Shown: piece by piece, positions 38,861 through 46,865 of the stretch
How the letters are laid out: the number at the start of each line of letters is the position of its first letter
How positions within the stretch are numbered: the stretch's first letter is position 1
Source: Candidatus Methylacidiphilales bacterium
GTDB taxonomy: Bacteria > Verrucomicrobiota > Verrucomicrobiia > Methylacidiphilales > JBCBYL01
Direction: 5' to 3'
DNA length: 64,000 bases
NCBI GenBank assembly: GCA_050329585.1
Contig: JBHJOR010000008.1
Coordinates: 1,481 to 65,480 of the forward strand
Program-made: the position numbers and the translations under genes
Notes under the pieces: model-generated
Databases searched by the model: none
Told to the model about the DNA's origin: nothing
Seen by the model: the letters and a program-made list of their open reading frames with translations, nothing else

Positions 38861-40182
38861 GGCTCTTTCTTTTTTTCTATAATCTGCTTTTTGTGCCGGT
38901 TTTTCTGGTGCTGGCACCGACCTATCTCCTGCGCATGTGGAGAAGGGGACACTCCACCTTCCAGTGGCGTGAGCGCTTCGGTATTCTCGATGCAGAGAAG
39001 ATACGTCGCATTCAAAACAGGGGCCGTCCGGTTCTGATTCAAGCGGTTAGTGTGGGTGAAGTAAAACTGGCAGCCACACTCATCGGAGAACTGCGCCAAC
39101 GCCGCCCTCAGTGTCCCGTAGTCATTTCCACCACCACCATCACCGGACGGCGACTAGCCGAATCGCTCGATATCTCCGGTTGTGAAGTGGTGTTTCATGC
39201 GCTGGATATGCCGAGCTGTGTGAAGCGTTTAATGACAGCACTTCAGCCTCGCATGGTGTTGTTGATGGAACAGGAGTTATGGCCTAATCAGTTGGCATGG
39301 TGCAGACGCCATCGTGTTCCCGTATGGTTGATCAATGCGCGACTTTCCCTCCGCAGTGCCACCCGGTTCAGGCGGTTTTCCCGTTGGCTGTCGCCTGTTT
39401 TGGAAAGCCTGGATTTTGTGGGGGTGCAATCCGAGCGGGCGGTGGAAAACTTCGTTCGCGCGGGGTTTCCGGCTCATGCCATTTTTCCGGTAGGCAGCAT
39501 GAAATATGACGTGGTGGAAGAGGCCCCATCTGGGTTAGTTCCCTCATGGTGGAAACAAACCGGCTGGCTACCTGAGGATAAAGTGGTGGTCTGCGGCAGC
39601 ACGCATCCCGGAGAAGAAGCGTGGCTATATCACGCGGCGCGCGGGGCGGTGCCGGGACTTAAGTGGGTGATGGTGCCCCGTCATGCCGAGCGCGCGGTAG
39701 CGGTTTGTGCGGAGTTCCGCTCGCAAGGGGTAGCGGCGGTTTTGAAATCATCTATGGTATCTTCTTTGGATAGCCACGCCGATCCGTTTGAGGTTCTGGT
39801 GGTAGATACCACCGGCGAACTGGCCGGACTCTATGAGCTGGGTTGGGCCAATGTGATCGGAAAAAGCTTTTTAGGTGTGGGCGGGCAGAATTTTCTCGAA
39901 GCGGCGAGAGTGGGCCGTCCGGTGCTATTTGGTTGCGAGATGTCGAATTTTGAGGACACCGCACGAGATTTTCTGGAAAGCGGTGCAGCCATTGAAGTGT
40001 CCGATGCGGCTGATTTTAAAAACTGGCTCAAGCGCCTCGCGGAGCATCCGGAAGAAGCCGAAACGTTTGGCAAGCGAGCACGGAACGTGTTTCTGGAAAG
40101 GCGTGGGGCGACACGCAGACAGGCGGGAATGGTGGCGGGTGCTTTAGCGGCCAGCGAAGATTGCATGACACGTGCAAACTGA
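38857..40182 (+). CDS. waaA: 3-deoxy-D-manno-octulosonic acid (Kdo) transferase
   Basis: N-terminal membrane helix, QAVSVGEV motif and GT30-type architecture. Start overlaps the xerC-like stop by 4 nt. Confidence 0.85.
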   Translation: MRLFLFFYNLLFVPVFLVLAPTYLLRMWRRGHSTFQWRERFGILDAEKIRRIQNRGRPVLIQAVSVGEVKLAATLIGELRQRRPQCPVVISTTTITGRRLAESLDISGCEVVFHALDMPSCVKRLMTALQPRMVLLMEQELWPNQLAWCRRHRVPVWLINARLSLRSATRFRRFSRWLSPVLESLDFVGVQSERAVENFVRAGFPAHAIFPVGSMKYDVVEEAPSGLVPSWWKQTGWLPEDKVVVCGSTHPGEEAWLYHAARGAVPGLKWVMVPRHAERAVAVCAEFRSQGVAAVLKSSMVSSLDSHADPFEVLVVDTTGELAGLYELGWANVIGKSFLGVGGQNFLEAARVGRPVLFGCEMSNFEDTARDFLESGAAIEVSDAADFKNWLKRLAEHPEEAETFGKRARNVFLERRGATRRQAGMVAGALAASEDCMTRAN

Positions 40183-40207
40183 TATCAGACCCTGAGCGCA
40201 CCCTGAG

Positions 40208-40279
40208 TGCACCCTAGTGGGTTCGAACCACTGACCTCTCGCGTGTGAAGCGAGCGCTCTACCACTAAGCTAAGGGTGC
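40208..40279 (-). tRNA. tRNA-Val (anticodon CAC)
   Basis: The reverse complement reads GCACCCT-TA-GCTTAGTGGTAGAGC-G-CTCGC-TTCACAC-GCGAG-AGGTC-AGTGG-TTCGAAC-CCACT-AGGGTGC-A. Clean cloverleaf. CCA is not encoded. Confidence 0.9.
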
Positions 40280-40422
40280 TAACGACAAGATTTTATAAAA
40301 GCAAATGCCTGACTGCGAAGCAAGCCCGATTTACTGGAGCAGCCCAGAGCGATCCGTAAGGGTATTAGCTGATGCTTTATTTTGCTGACATCCCAAGTAG
40401 TGGATGTTATTTTCGCACTTCT

Positions 40423-41163
40423 ATGAAAACCCCTCTTGCGCTGGCACTCTCTATCCTCATCTCACTTGGTAGTTTTACCATTCAAGCTCAGGAAGCTCCC
40501 GCCGAGAAGCCCGCGAAACCGGCTGCTGCTGGAGAGGCTGCTCCAAAGCCCCAACTGACTCCCGAACAAAAAGAGGCCTTGGCTCCCATCGAAGGCGAAA
40601 TCAAAGCCCTGCAACAACAGCTCAAGGATAAACGAGCCGCCATCAAACAGGCCAAACAAGCCGACCCTAATGCCGACCTCACCGCCCTTAACGCGGAGAG
40701 CAAAGCAGTCAATGACCAGCTTAAAACCAAGCGCGAGCAGTTGAATGCTAAGAAAAAGGAACTAGGCATCCCCGTTCCGGAAAAAAAACCCAAGCCTGAA
40801 AAAACCGAGAAAGTAGAGAAAACGGAAAAATCTCAGAAGAGCGAAACTGCTGAGAAAACAGAGAAGACCGAATCGACCGAAAAACCGAAAAAACCCAAGG
40901 CTGAAAAGTTAGCTCAGGACGATGCGGCTAAACCCGACGCGCCTGAGAAAAAGAAGGATGCCCCCGCCAAACCCAAAGCTGATAGCACTCCGCTGGTGAA
41001 GTATCCCGGCAGCTTGGAACTCAAAAACGGCACCGTTCTCGACAAGGTGACTGTGCACAGCATTTCAAAAAATAAAATCACCTTAAGCCATGCTCGCGGC
41101 TCTAACCAGGAAATCGCCACGAGCGACCTCACCCCTGAAAGCCGTAAAAAGCTGAAGCTCTAA
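40423..41163 (+). CDS. secreted low-complexity K/E/P/A-rich protein
   Basis: ORF trimmed to MKTPLALALSILISLGSFTIQAQE. Central EKTEK/PKKPK low-complexity tract. Small globular C-terminus. Confidence 0.6.
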   Translation: MKTPLALALSILISLGSFTIQAQEAPAEKPAKPAAAGEAAPKPQLTPEQKEALAPIEGEIKALQQQLKDKRAAIKQAKQADPNADLTALNAESKAVNDQLKTKREQLNAKKKELGIPVPEKKPKPEKTEKVEKTEKSQKSETAEKTEKTESTEKPKKPKAEKLAQDDAAKPDAPEKKKDAPAKPKADSTPLVKYPGSLELKNGTVLDKVTVHSISKNKITLSHARGSNQEIATSDLTPESRKKLKL

Positions 41164-41519
41164 ATCAACGTCCCATATTCCCCGGAACGCGGTAACGTCT
41201 CGGCTTTAGAACCTTGCTTAGATTTTATGTTCATCCATCGGCCGTAAATTTCGTTTGGAGATAGCTTTTTCCCGTTTTTCTTTTCTTCAAGTGCGAGATC
41301 TCGAAGCCATAAGCATCCGCAGGTCTCCAAGTGCTCATCCCACTGGCTGTCCATGGTATCCTGAAGTGTGAAGCTTCCGCCACCACTGACGTGTCCAATC
41401 CCTTCACTGAATCCTATCGGGCGAGTTGGAGTATCAAAACAAAGCATCACATGGAATGGCCAATTCGGTCGATCGGGCACCTTCCTTTCCCCTTCGCCAA
41501 TGTAAATAAAGTCAGCCAT
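41160..41519 (-). CDS. hypothetical protein
   Basis: 119-aa ORF with no recognisable motif. Convergent, with its stop overlapping the previous gene. Confidence 0.45.
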   Translation of the reverse strand: MADFIYIGEGERKVPDRPNWPFHVMLCFDTPTRPIGFSEGIGHVSGGGSFTLQDTMDSQWDEHLETCGCLWLRDLALEEKKNGKKLSPNEIYGRWMNIKSKQGSKAETLPRSGEYGTLI

Positions 41520-41576
41520 TTTTTTTGAGATGAATGAAAGGAAAGAGCTTGGTCGTTTGAAACGCCGTGAATGGCA

Positions 41577-42308
41577 TCATGTCATCGTGCGTTGTTGATG
41601 CACGTCCGGCCCGCGACGGGCCATAAAAATCAACAAAAGCGCCCAGGCACTATTGGCAAATAGAAACAGAGGAAAGCGGAGCGGCGCCGGAAGGCTGTAA
41701 ACGCAGGCCAACACCGGAATCCAAAAGAAGCTGCCACTCACAACAATGGGCAACACCGTTTGAACATACCATGTCAGAGACCAGAGCCGAACCACATCAA
41801 ACACCCGATAACTGTGCCGACGCCATGCGAACCATGAGACAGCCAGCGGTGCCGCCACGAGCAGAGTGTACACATATTGATCGAAGAGAATTTTATAAAC
41901 AACGATCCGCCAATGATCACTGGGCCCGAAGACCACATCTTGGAATGTGTATAAAAAATCCACCATGACCCCAAAGAGCGCATAAAGAAGGACAACATGA
42001 AAAAAATCCCCCCATGTCGGTGCGGCCAAACCTGCTGGCCGGAGTTTCAGCTTAAGCAACTCGGGAATAAGCGCTCCAGAAATCACCGTAGAGATGATGA
42101 CAAATGGAATGCCTGCCTCCTCTTTCCAAAGCGATAGCGCTTCAGAAATCCGGCGGATGGGTTCGGCGGTGAAATAGCCCCAAGCGTAAAGTGCGGCCAG
42201 CCCCTGCAACAACACAATCCCTTTCCAATATGTCCGGAACGCGATCCAGCCCGGCATGAGCAGAGTTTTGAGAAGCGTGCGGGGCATAGGGGAAGATGGG
42301 GCGTTCAA
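41577..42308 (-). CDS. hypothetical integral membrane protein
   Basis: 243 aa with about 6 hydrophobic helices. No family recognised. Confidence 0.6.
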   Translation of the reverse strand: MNAPSSPMPRTLLKTLLMPGWIAFRTYWKGIVLLQGLAALYAWGYFTAEPIRRISEALSLWKEEAGIPFVIISTVISGALIPELLKLKLRPAGLAAPTWGDFFHVVLLYALFGVMVDFLYTFQDVVFGPSDHWRIVVYKILFDQYVYTLLVAAPLAVSWFAWRRHSYRVFDVVRLWSLTWYVQTVLPIVVSGSFFWIPVLACVYSLPAPLRFPLFLFANSAWALLLIFMARRGPDVHQQRTMT

Positions 42309-42398
42309 GAGGCGAAAGGAAGAAAAACTGTTTAGTAGTATCTTTGATGCCTATTTGTTGTCTCGACTAGCGGAAATCCGTAATTTACATTTTTACAT

Positions 42399-42659
42399 AT
42401 GGAATCAACCATCACCTCGACTGAGGCCGCACGCCATTTGGGTGATATTCTGGCCCGGGTCAAGCATGCCGGCGAAAGCTTTATCGTGACCAAAAGCGAC
42501 AAGCCCCTAGCCCGGCTCGGGCCGGTCGGGTGTTCCTCGCGCGCAACCGGAGCCGAAATCATGAAAGCTCTTGAGAGCCTCCCTCACGACCCGGATTTTG
42601 CCGATGACCTGGAGAAGGTAGGCCGCATGGATCGAATCCCAGAGAATCCATGGGCCTGA
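42399..42659 (+). CDS. type II antitoxin, Phd/YefM-like
   Basis: 86 aa. N-terminal pattern ITSTEAARHLGDILARVKHAGESFIVTKSDKPLARL is typical of Phd/YefM. 10-nt overlap with the PIN gene. Confidence 0.75.
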   Translation: MESTITSTEAARHLGDILARVKHAGESFIVTKSDKPLARLGPVGCSSRATGAEIMKALESLPHDPDFADDLEKVGRMDRIPENPWA

Positions 42660-43093
42660 TCTTGGACACTTCGGCGTTGGTTGCCTTGGAACGTTCCGTG
42701 GGTACCTCCACACCGCTTTCCCTCGATGCGGCAGAGACCTATGCCCTGCCGGCCATCGTATGGGCCGAGGCGTTGGTTGCTGTGCGGTTCGCTGCAGATG
42801 CGGCGCGTGCAGCGCGGCGACTCGCCCGACTGGAGGCCATTCGCAGACTGACCGGTGTGGAGGACTTCACCCCATTGGTTGCCGAACACTATGCCGACAT
42901 CTTCTTCGAACTCACACAGTGCGGTTCCCTGATCCCGCAAAACGACATCGCTGTCTCCGCCACCGCCCGCGCTCTTGGCTTTGGTGTCCTGGTCGGCCCC
43001 TCAGACGAAGCGCATTTTCGCAAAGTCCTTGGTATCGACGTCCGCGTTTTGCAGGGGCCGCAATATTCGTCCTCAGAGGCCACCCTCGATTGA
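42650..43093 (+). CDS. vapC: PIN-domain toxin VapC
   Basis: N-terminal LILDTSALVALE with the first catalytic Asp. Size and acidic residue spacing are typical of PIN. Confidence 0.8.
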   Translation: MGLILDTSALVALERSVGTSTPLSLDAAETYALPAIVWAEALVAVRFAADAARAARRLARLEAIRRLTGVEDFTPLVAEHYADIFFELTQCGSLIPQNDIAVSATARALGFGVLVGPSDEAHFRKVLGIDVRVLQGPQYSSSEATLD

Positions 43094-43429
43094 GCACACC
43101 ACTATGGATCAGTTATCCGCGCCAGCCATTCCCATCGCGCCAGATTGGATGCACATATCGATCACTTGCCAGCCTCAATAGCCAGTGATGTTCTTCCGGA
43201 ACGCCCTGGCAAACATCCATTGTCTGAGTAAGGACGGGGCATGGAATTGTATCGAAGAACTCATCATCTTTTTTCGAGATCCAAGGCGCCGGAACCGTAG
43301 AAATAAGGTGGGCACTGGAACTTGGCTTTGCCAGCGTCGTAGACGCCATGGTTCAGCAGTAGTGCGCTACACGGGCTGCTCTACAAGAATGGAATGCGGA
43401 ATAGGCAGGTTTGCCTAGCGCGGCTTTGT

Positions 43430-44683
43430 TCAGCGAATGGTAATGTCCCGCCGTTTTAGCACCTTTGATCCCTGTCCGCTCACGTAACGGATTTCGGCAG
43501 CTCCGGAGGTTTCAGGTGCGGCGATCGACAAGGGTGAACCTGCCGAGGTATTCGCGTAAGCTTTGTATTGGCCCTCGGGAGTTTCTTTCGGGACGATGGT
43601 GATGTAATCGCCTTTATTGTTGGGTCCTGTCCATTCAATCGAAACATTGGATTTGGCCTCGGCATGGGGAGGAGCTTCAAGGTTGATTTCAGCAGCGACG
43701 ATCCTGATGGGAATGCGTGCGAGAACCTGGGCTCCTTGTCCTGACATGTAGCGGATTTCGGCATCACCGGGCTCAATGAGAGCCGTGATAACCAAAGTCG
43801 ATGCTTGTGAGGTGTTGGTGTAGTTACCATACGAGCCATCCGCCGCATCTTTAAGGACGATGGTAATGTAATCGCCCTGATTACCCGGCCCGCTCCATTC
43901 CACACTGAACTCGCTACCGGCAACACATTCTTCCGGGGCGGAGAGAGTGACTCCAGCGGTGGTGATTACCAAGGGGCGCCGTGCCAGCACCTTGGCTCCT
44001 TGTCCTGTCATGTAACGGAGTTCAACTTCACCGATAATCATCGGCAGTTTAAGGCTTAAGGGTGACCCTGAAGAGGTCGGGGTGTAATTCTCATATTTTC
44101 CATCTTCAGTATCCTTAGGCACCACCGTAATGTAGTCGCCCTGATTATTAGGGCCGGTCCACTCGACCGAAATGACCTTGCCTTGAATTTCTTCATCCAC
44201 GGCCAGCAACGTAGCCTCAGCAGGCATCACTTGAATAACGGAACGTCCGAGAACTTTTTTCGAGCGGTGGGCCACATAACGCACCTCATACTTGCCCGCT
44301 TCGATCGGTGCGTTGAGTTGGGTAGGGTTGCCGTGTTTGATATCCTTGTAGTCGCCATATTGATCATCGGAGGCATCAGGAAGCGTGATGGTGAGATAGT
44401 CTTTCGGATTCTCCGGTCCCGTCCACTGCACGGGAAAGGTAGCACCGGCTATGACGTCCGCAGGAATCTGAATGGTAGCGGGCGTTAATATTTCTTCACG
44501 TTCCACCGCCGCAGTTATGGCCTCAGGTTCCTGATATGAGGTTGGTTTGATGGATTGGGCCGGTTCAGTGGCAACTTGGGCTTCAGGCTTGTTGCATTGT
44601 GTAAAAAATACCAGCAGTAACACGATGAGAACTAAAACAAAAACGATAACGGCAATGATGGGGCGACGTGAGGGGTTTGACAT
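43430..44683 (-). CDS. membrane-anchored surface protein with four tandem ~90-aa repeats
   Basis: N-terminal TM helix. Repeat core (V/I)EW(T/S)GP(N/G/E)N.(K/Q)(G)DYIT(I/V)V.....(D/E)G.Y..Y...S.......L.AP...G..E(I/L)RY(M/V).GQG(A/S)KVL is seen four times. Confidence 0.75.
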   Translation of the reverse strand: MSNPSRRPIIAVIVFVLVLIVLLLVFFTQCNKPEAQVATEPAQSIKPTSYQEPEAITAAVEREEILTPATIQIPADVIAGATFPVQWTGPENPKDYLTITLPDASDDQYGDYKDIKHGNPTQLNAPIEAGKYEVRYVAHRSKKVLGRSVIQVMPAEATLLAVDEEIQGKVISVEWTGPNNQGDYITVVPKDTEDGKYENYTPTSSGSPLSLKLPMIIGEVELRYMTGQGAKVLARRPLVITTAGVTLSAPEECVAGSEFSVEWSGPGNQGDYITIVLKDAADGSYGNYTNTSQASTLVITALIEPGDAEIRYMSGQGAQVLARIPIRIVAAEINLEAPPHAEAKSNVSIEWTGPNNKGDYITIVPKETPEGQYKAYANTSAGSPLSIAAPETSGAAEIRYVSGQGSKVLKRRDITIR

Positions 44684-44739
44684 GGAATAACCTTAGGCTA
44701 ACCCGCTTGCTACGACGATACAAAATGCATGACGCCGAT

Positions 44740-45963
44740 TTAGTTAAGAATTTCCTTTAAATAAATGGCCTTCAAGTAATCCATCTCGGGCACGGTGGCC
44801 GGGTGATCCGGGGCATGGCCGGTGATTTCCAGTTCTTTGAAGCGTCGTCCGCTTTTTTGGTAGGCCGCCCTGACGGCTTCGACAAATTCGTCTTTAGAAA
44901 CATGGGCGGAGCAGGAAGCACTTACCAGGATGCCGCCTTTTTCAAGGCGTTGAATGGCATCGTAGGTCAGATTTTCATAGGCTTGGATAGCCCCTTCGCG
45001 TTCCTTTTCCCGTTTGGCCAGAGAAGGGGGATCGAGAACGATCAGCCCGAACCTATCGCGGTTGTGGTGCAGCCATTCAAAGACATCGGCTTGGATTTCG
45101 ACGTGAGGGGTGTTTTGGATTTCTTGGTGACTGCGGTTCAGCTCCCAATTTTGTTTGAGTTCAGCCAAGGCATGGTGGCTGATATCGACGCTGGTAACGT
45201 GCTTGGCCCTGCCACGCGCGGCGTAGAGGGAAAAGCCGCCGCTGAAGCTGAAAAGATTAAGAACTCGTTTCCCGGTGGATAAGGTTTCGACCTTGCGGCG
45301 GTTTTCGCGTTGATCGAGGAAGAAGCCGGTTTTTTGTCCTTTCAAAACGTCAGCATAAAAGTGTATCCCGGATTCGCTGAAAACGACAGGCTTTGCGATA
45401 GGTTCTCCCTGTAAAAGGTGGCCCTCATTGAGGCCGGACTTGGCAGCAGCGGATTGGATGTTACGGCTGAGGCGCAGAATGATCGAGGTGGGTTGGAATC
45501 GTTCCCAAAAAAGTTTTTGAATGACAGGAAGATGAGGGAACCAGGATGCGGTGTAGAGTTTGACGACCAGAACATCCGCATATTGATCGAGGATCAAACC
45601 CGGCCAGCAGTCGCTTTCGCCGTGGATCCAGCGCAGGCCGTTGGTGTCCGCGTCAAAGACATGCTTACGCAGAGCACAGGCTTTTTCCAGTTGTCCGAAC
45701 CACCAAAGGGCATCGATTTTGACCGGTTTTCCTGAATGCACCACCCGGATGCGGATGGGGGACTCAGGGTCGTAGAGACCGATGGCTAAGAATTTGTCGT
45801 TACGGTCATAAATAACGGCTAATTCTCCGGCCTCCGCTTCGCGGTTCTGGGATTTGATGCTCTGGTCAAAAACCCAAGGGTGCCCCTGCCGGACGATGGT
45901 TTCAGCAGTCTGAGTCAAGCGAACTCTCAGAGTGCTGGGCTGGGTTTGTGGTATGGAATTCAT
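44740..45963 (-). CDS. class I SAM-dependent rRNA methyltransferase, RlmI-like (PUA plus MTase)
   Basis: ORF trimmed to MNSIPQTQ. Motifs VLNLFSFSGGFSLYAA (SAM motif I) and LIVLDPPS (motif IV). Confidence 0.8.
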   Translation of the reverse strand: MNSIPQTQPSTLRVRLTQTAETIVRQGHPWVFDQSIKSQNREAEAGELAVIYDRNDKFLAIGLYDPESPIRIRVVHSGKPVKIDALWWFGQLEKACALRKHVFDADTNGLRWIHGESDCWPGLILDQYADVLVVKLYTASWFPHLPVIQKLFWERFQPTSIILRLSRNIQSAAAKSGLNEGHLLQGEPIAKPVVFSESGIHFYADVLKGQKTGFFLDQRENRRKVETLSTGKRVLNLFSFSGGFSLYAARGRAKHVTSVDISHHALAELKQNWELNRSHQEIQNTPHVEIQADVFEWLHHNRDRFGLIVLDPPSLAKREKEREGAIQAYENLTYDAIQRLEKGGILVSASCSAHVSKDEFVEAVRAAYQKSGRRFKELEITGHAPDHPATVPEMDYLKAIYLKEILN

Positions 45964-46067
45964 TTCAACTGTATTAAACCTGAATAATGAGAATGGGCCA
46001 ACAGAAGGAAATAAAGATCCCGCAAAAAGCAAAGCGATTCCTGATGCCTTGACATCAAAACAAGACA

Positions 46068-46077
46068 CATCATGATG
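46068..46077. promoter_or_regulatory. perfect 10-bp palindrome upstream of the antitoxin gene (operator candidate)
   Basis: CATCATGATG lies 5 nt before ATG 46083. TTGACA at 46049..46054 sits upstream. Confidence 0.3.
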
Positions 46078-46082
46078 AATAT

Positions 46083-46346
46083 ATGAGGACTACACTTACT
46101 TTAGATGATGACCTCGCATCGATTCTCGATCAGGAGAGGCGAAAAAAGGGAATGTCATTTAAAGAAATCGTAAACGCTACTCTCAGACAAGGTTTGGCCC
46201 AACAACAGGCACTTCCTTCGGCTCATGGAGTGGTGACACGGCCTCACTCCTATGGGTTTAAACCCGGCATGGATCTCGATAAACTCAATCAGTTAGTGGA
46301 TGAGTTGGAGACTGAGTCTTTTACCGCAGGATGGCATCAACAATAA
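46083..46346 (+). CDS. type II antitoxin (VapB-like, RHH/CopG-type N-terminus)
   Basis: 87 aa. MRTTLTLDDDLASILDQERRKKGMSFKEIVNATLRQGL is a typical ribbon-helix-helix antitoxin start. The stop abuts the PIN gene start. Confidence 0.7.
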   Translation: MRTTLTLDDDLASILDQERRKKGMSFKEIVNATLRQGLAQQQALPSAHGVVTRPHSYGFKPGMDLDKLNQLVDELETESFTAGWHQQ

Positions 46347-46778
46347 ATGATCCTTCCCGATATCAACGTGATTATTCACGCTCACAATTTGGAATCTCCC
46401 AAGCATGAGATCGCACGAGTATGGTGGGACAGCGTTTTAAAAGGCTCGGAGGGTGTAGGGTTGGCTTGGGTGACGATATTGGGTTTTATTCGAATCTCAA
46501 CCCATCGAGGGATATTGAACCGGCCGATGTCGCCCGGAGATGCCTGCTCGCGCATTGATGAATGGCTCACCCTTCCTCATTTTCATATTCCGCATGCATC
46601 CACAGAACATTTTGGCCGACTGCGCTCGCATTTAGAACATCTCGGAACGGCTGGGAATCTTACTACGGACGCCCATCTGGCTACGCTGGCCATAGAACGT
46701 GGATACATCCTGTGTAGCACCGATGCCGACTTTGCCCGTTTCCCGGGATTAAAATGGATCAATCCATTGTGCGATTGA
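46347..46778 (+). CDS. vapC: PIN-domain toxin VapC
   Basis: PDINVIIHAH N-terminus. Conserved acidic residues in TTDAHLA and STDADF. Confidence 0.8.
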   Translation: MILPDINVIIHAHNLESPKHEIARVWWDSVLKGSEGVGLAWVTILGFIRISTHRGILNRPMSPGDACSRIDEWLTLPHFHIPHASTEHFGRLRSHLEHLGTAGNLTTDAHLATLAIERGYILCSTDADFARFPGLKWINPLCD

Positions 46779-46865
46779 GTTGAAAACCATTTTTGTGCTA
46801 ATCATTAACCTCCGCGACGAACATCCGAATTGACGGGGATGTATTGACCGTCCGAGACTGCTGGG

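Noticed and set aside
37874-40279. Integrase plus tRNA genomic island with an att repeat at tRNA-Val.
   Set aside because: The recombinase resembles XerC/XerD and is fused in an operon with essential-type waaA. The direct repeat beside the tRNA is only about 9-10 nt and imperfect. No second att copy or mobility genes were seen.
43113-43418. ORFs 43113..43349(-) and 43185..43418(+) as real genes.
   Set aside because: They overlap each other on opposite strands, lack SD or motifs, and have odd composition (Arg/Cys-rich on plus). I reported the region only as an unexplained gap.
43430-44683. Diversity-generating retroelement or recent slippage as the origin of the four repeats.
   Set aside because: There is no reverse transcriptase or template repeat in the window. 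The repeat copies differ at many positions of all base types and not in an adenine-specific pattern.
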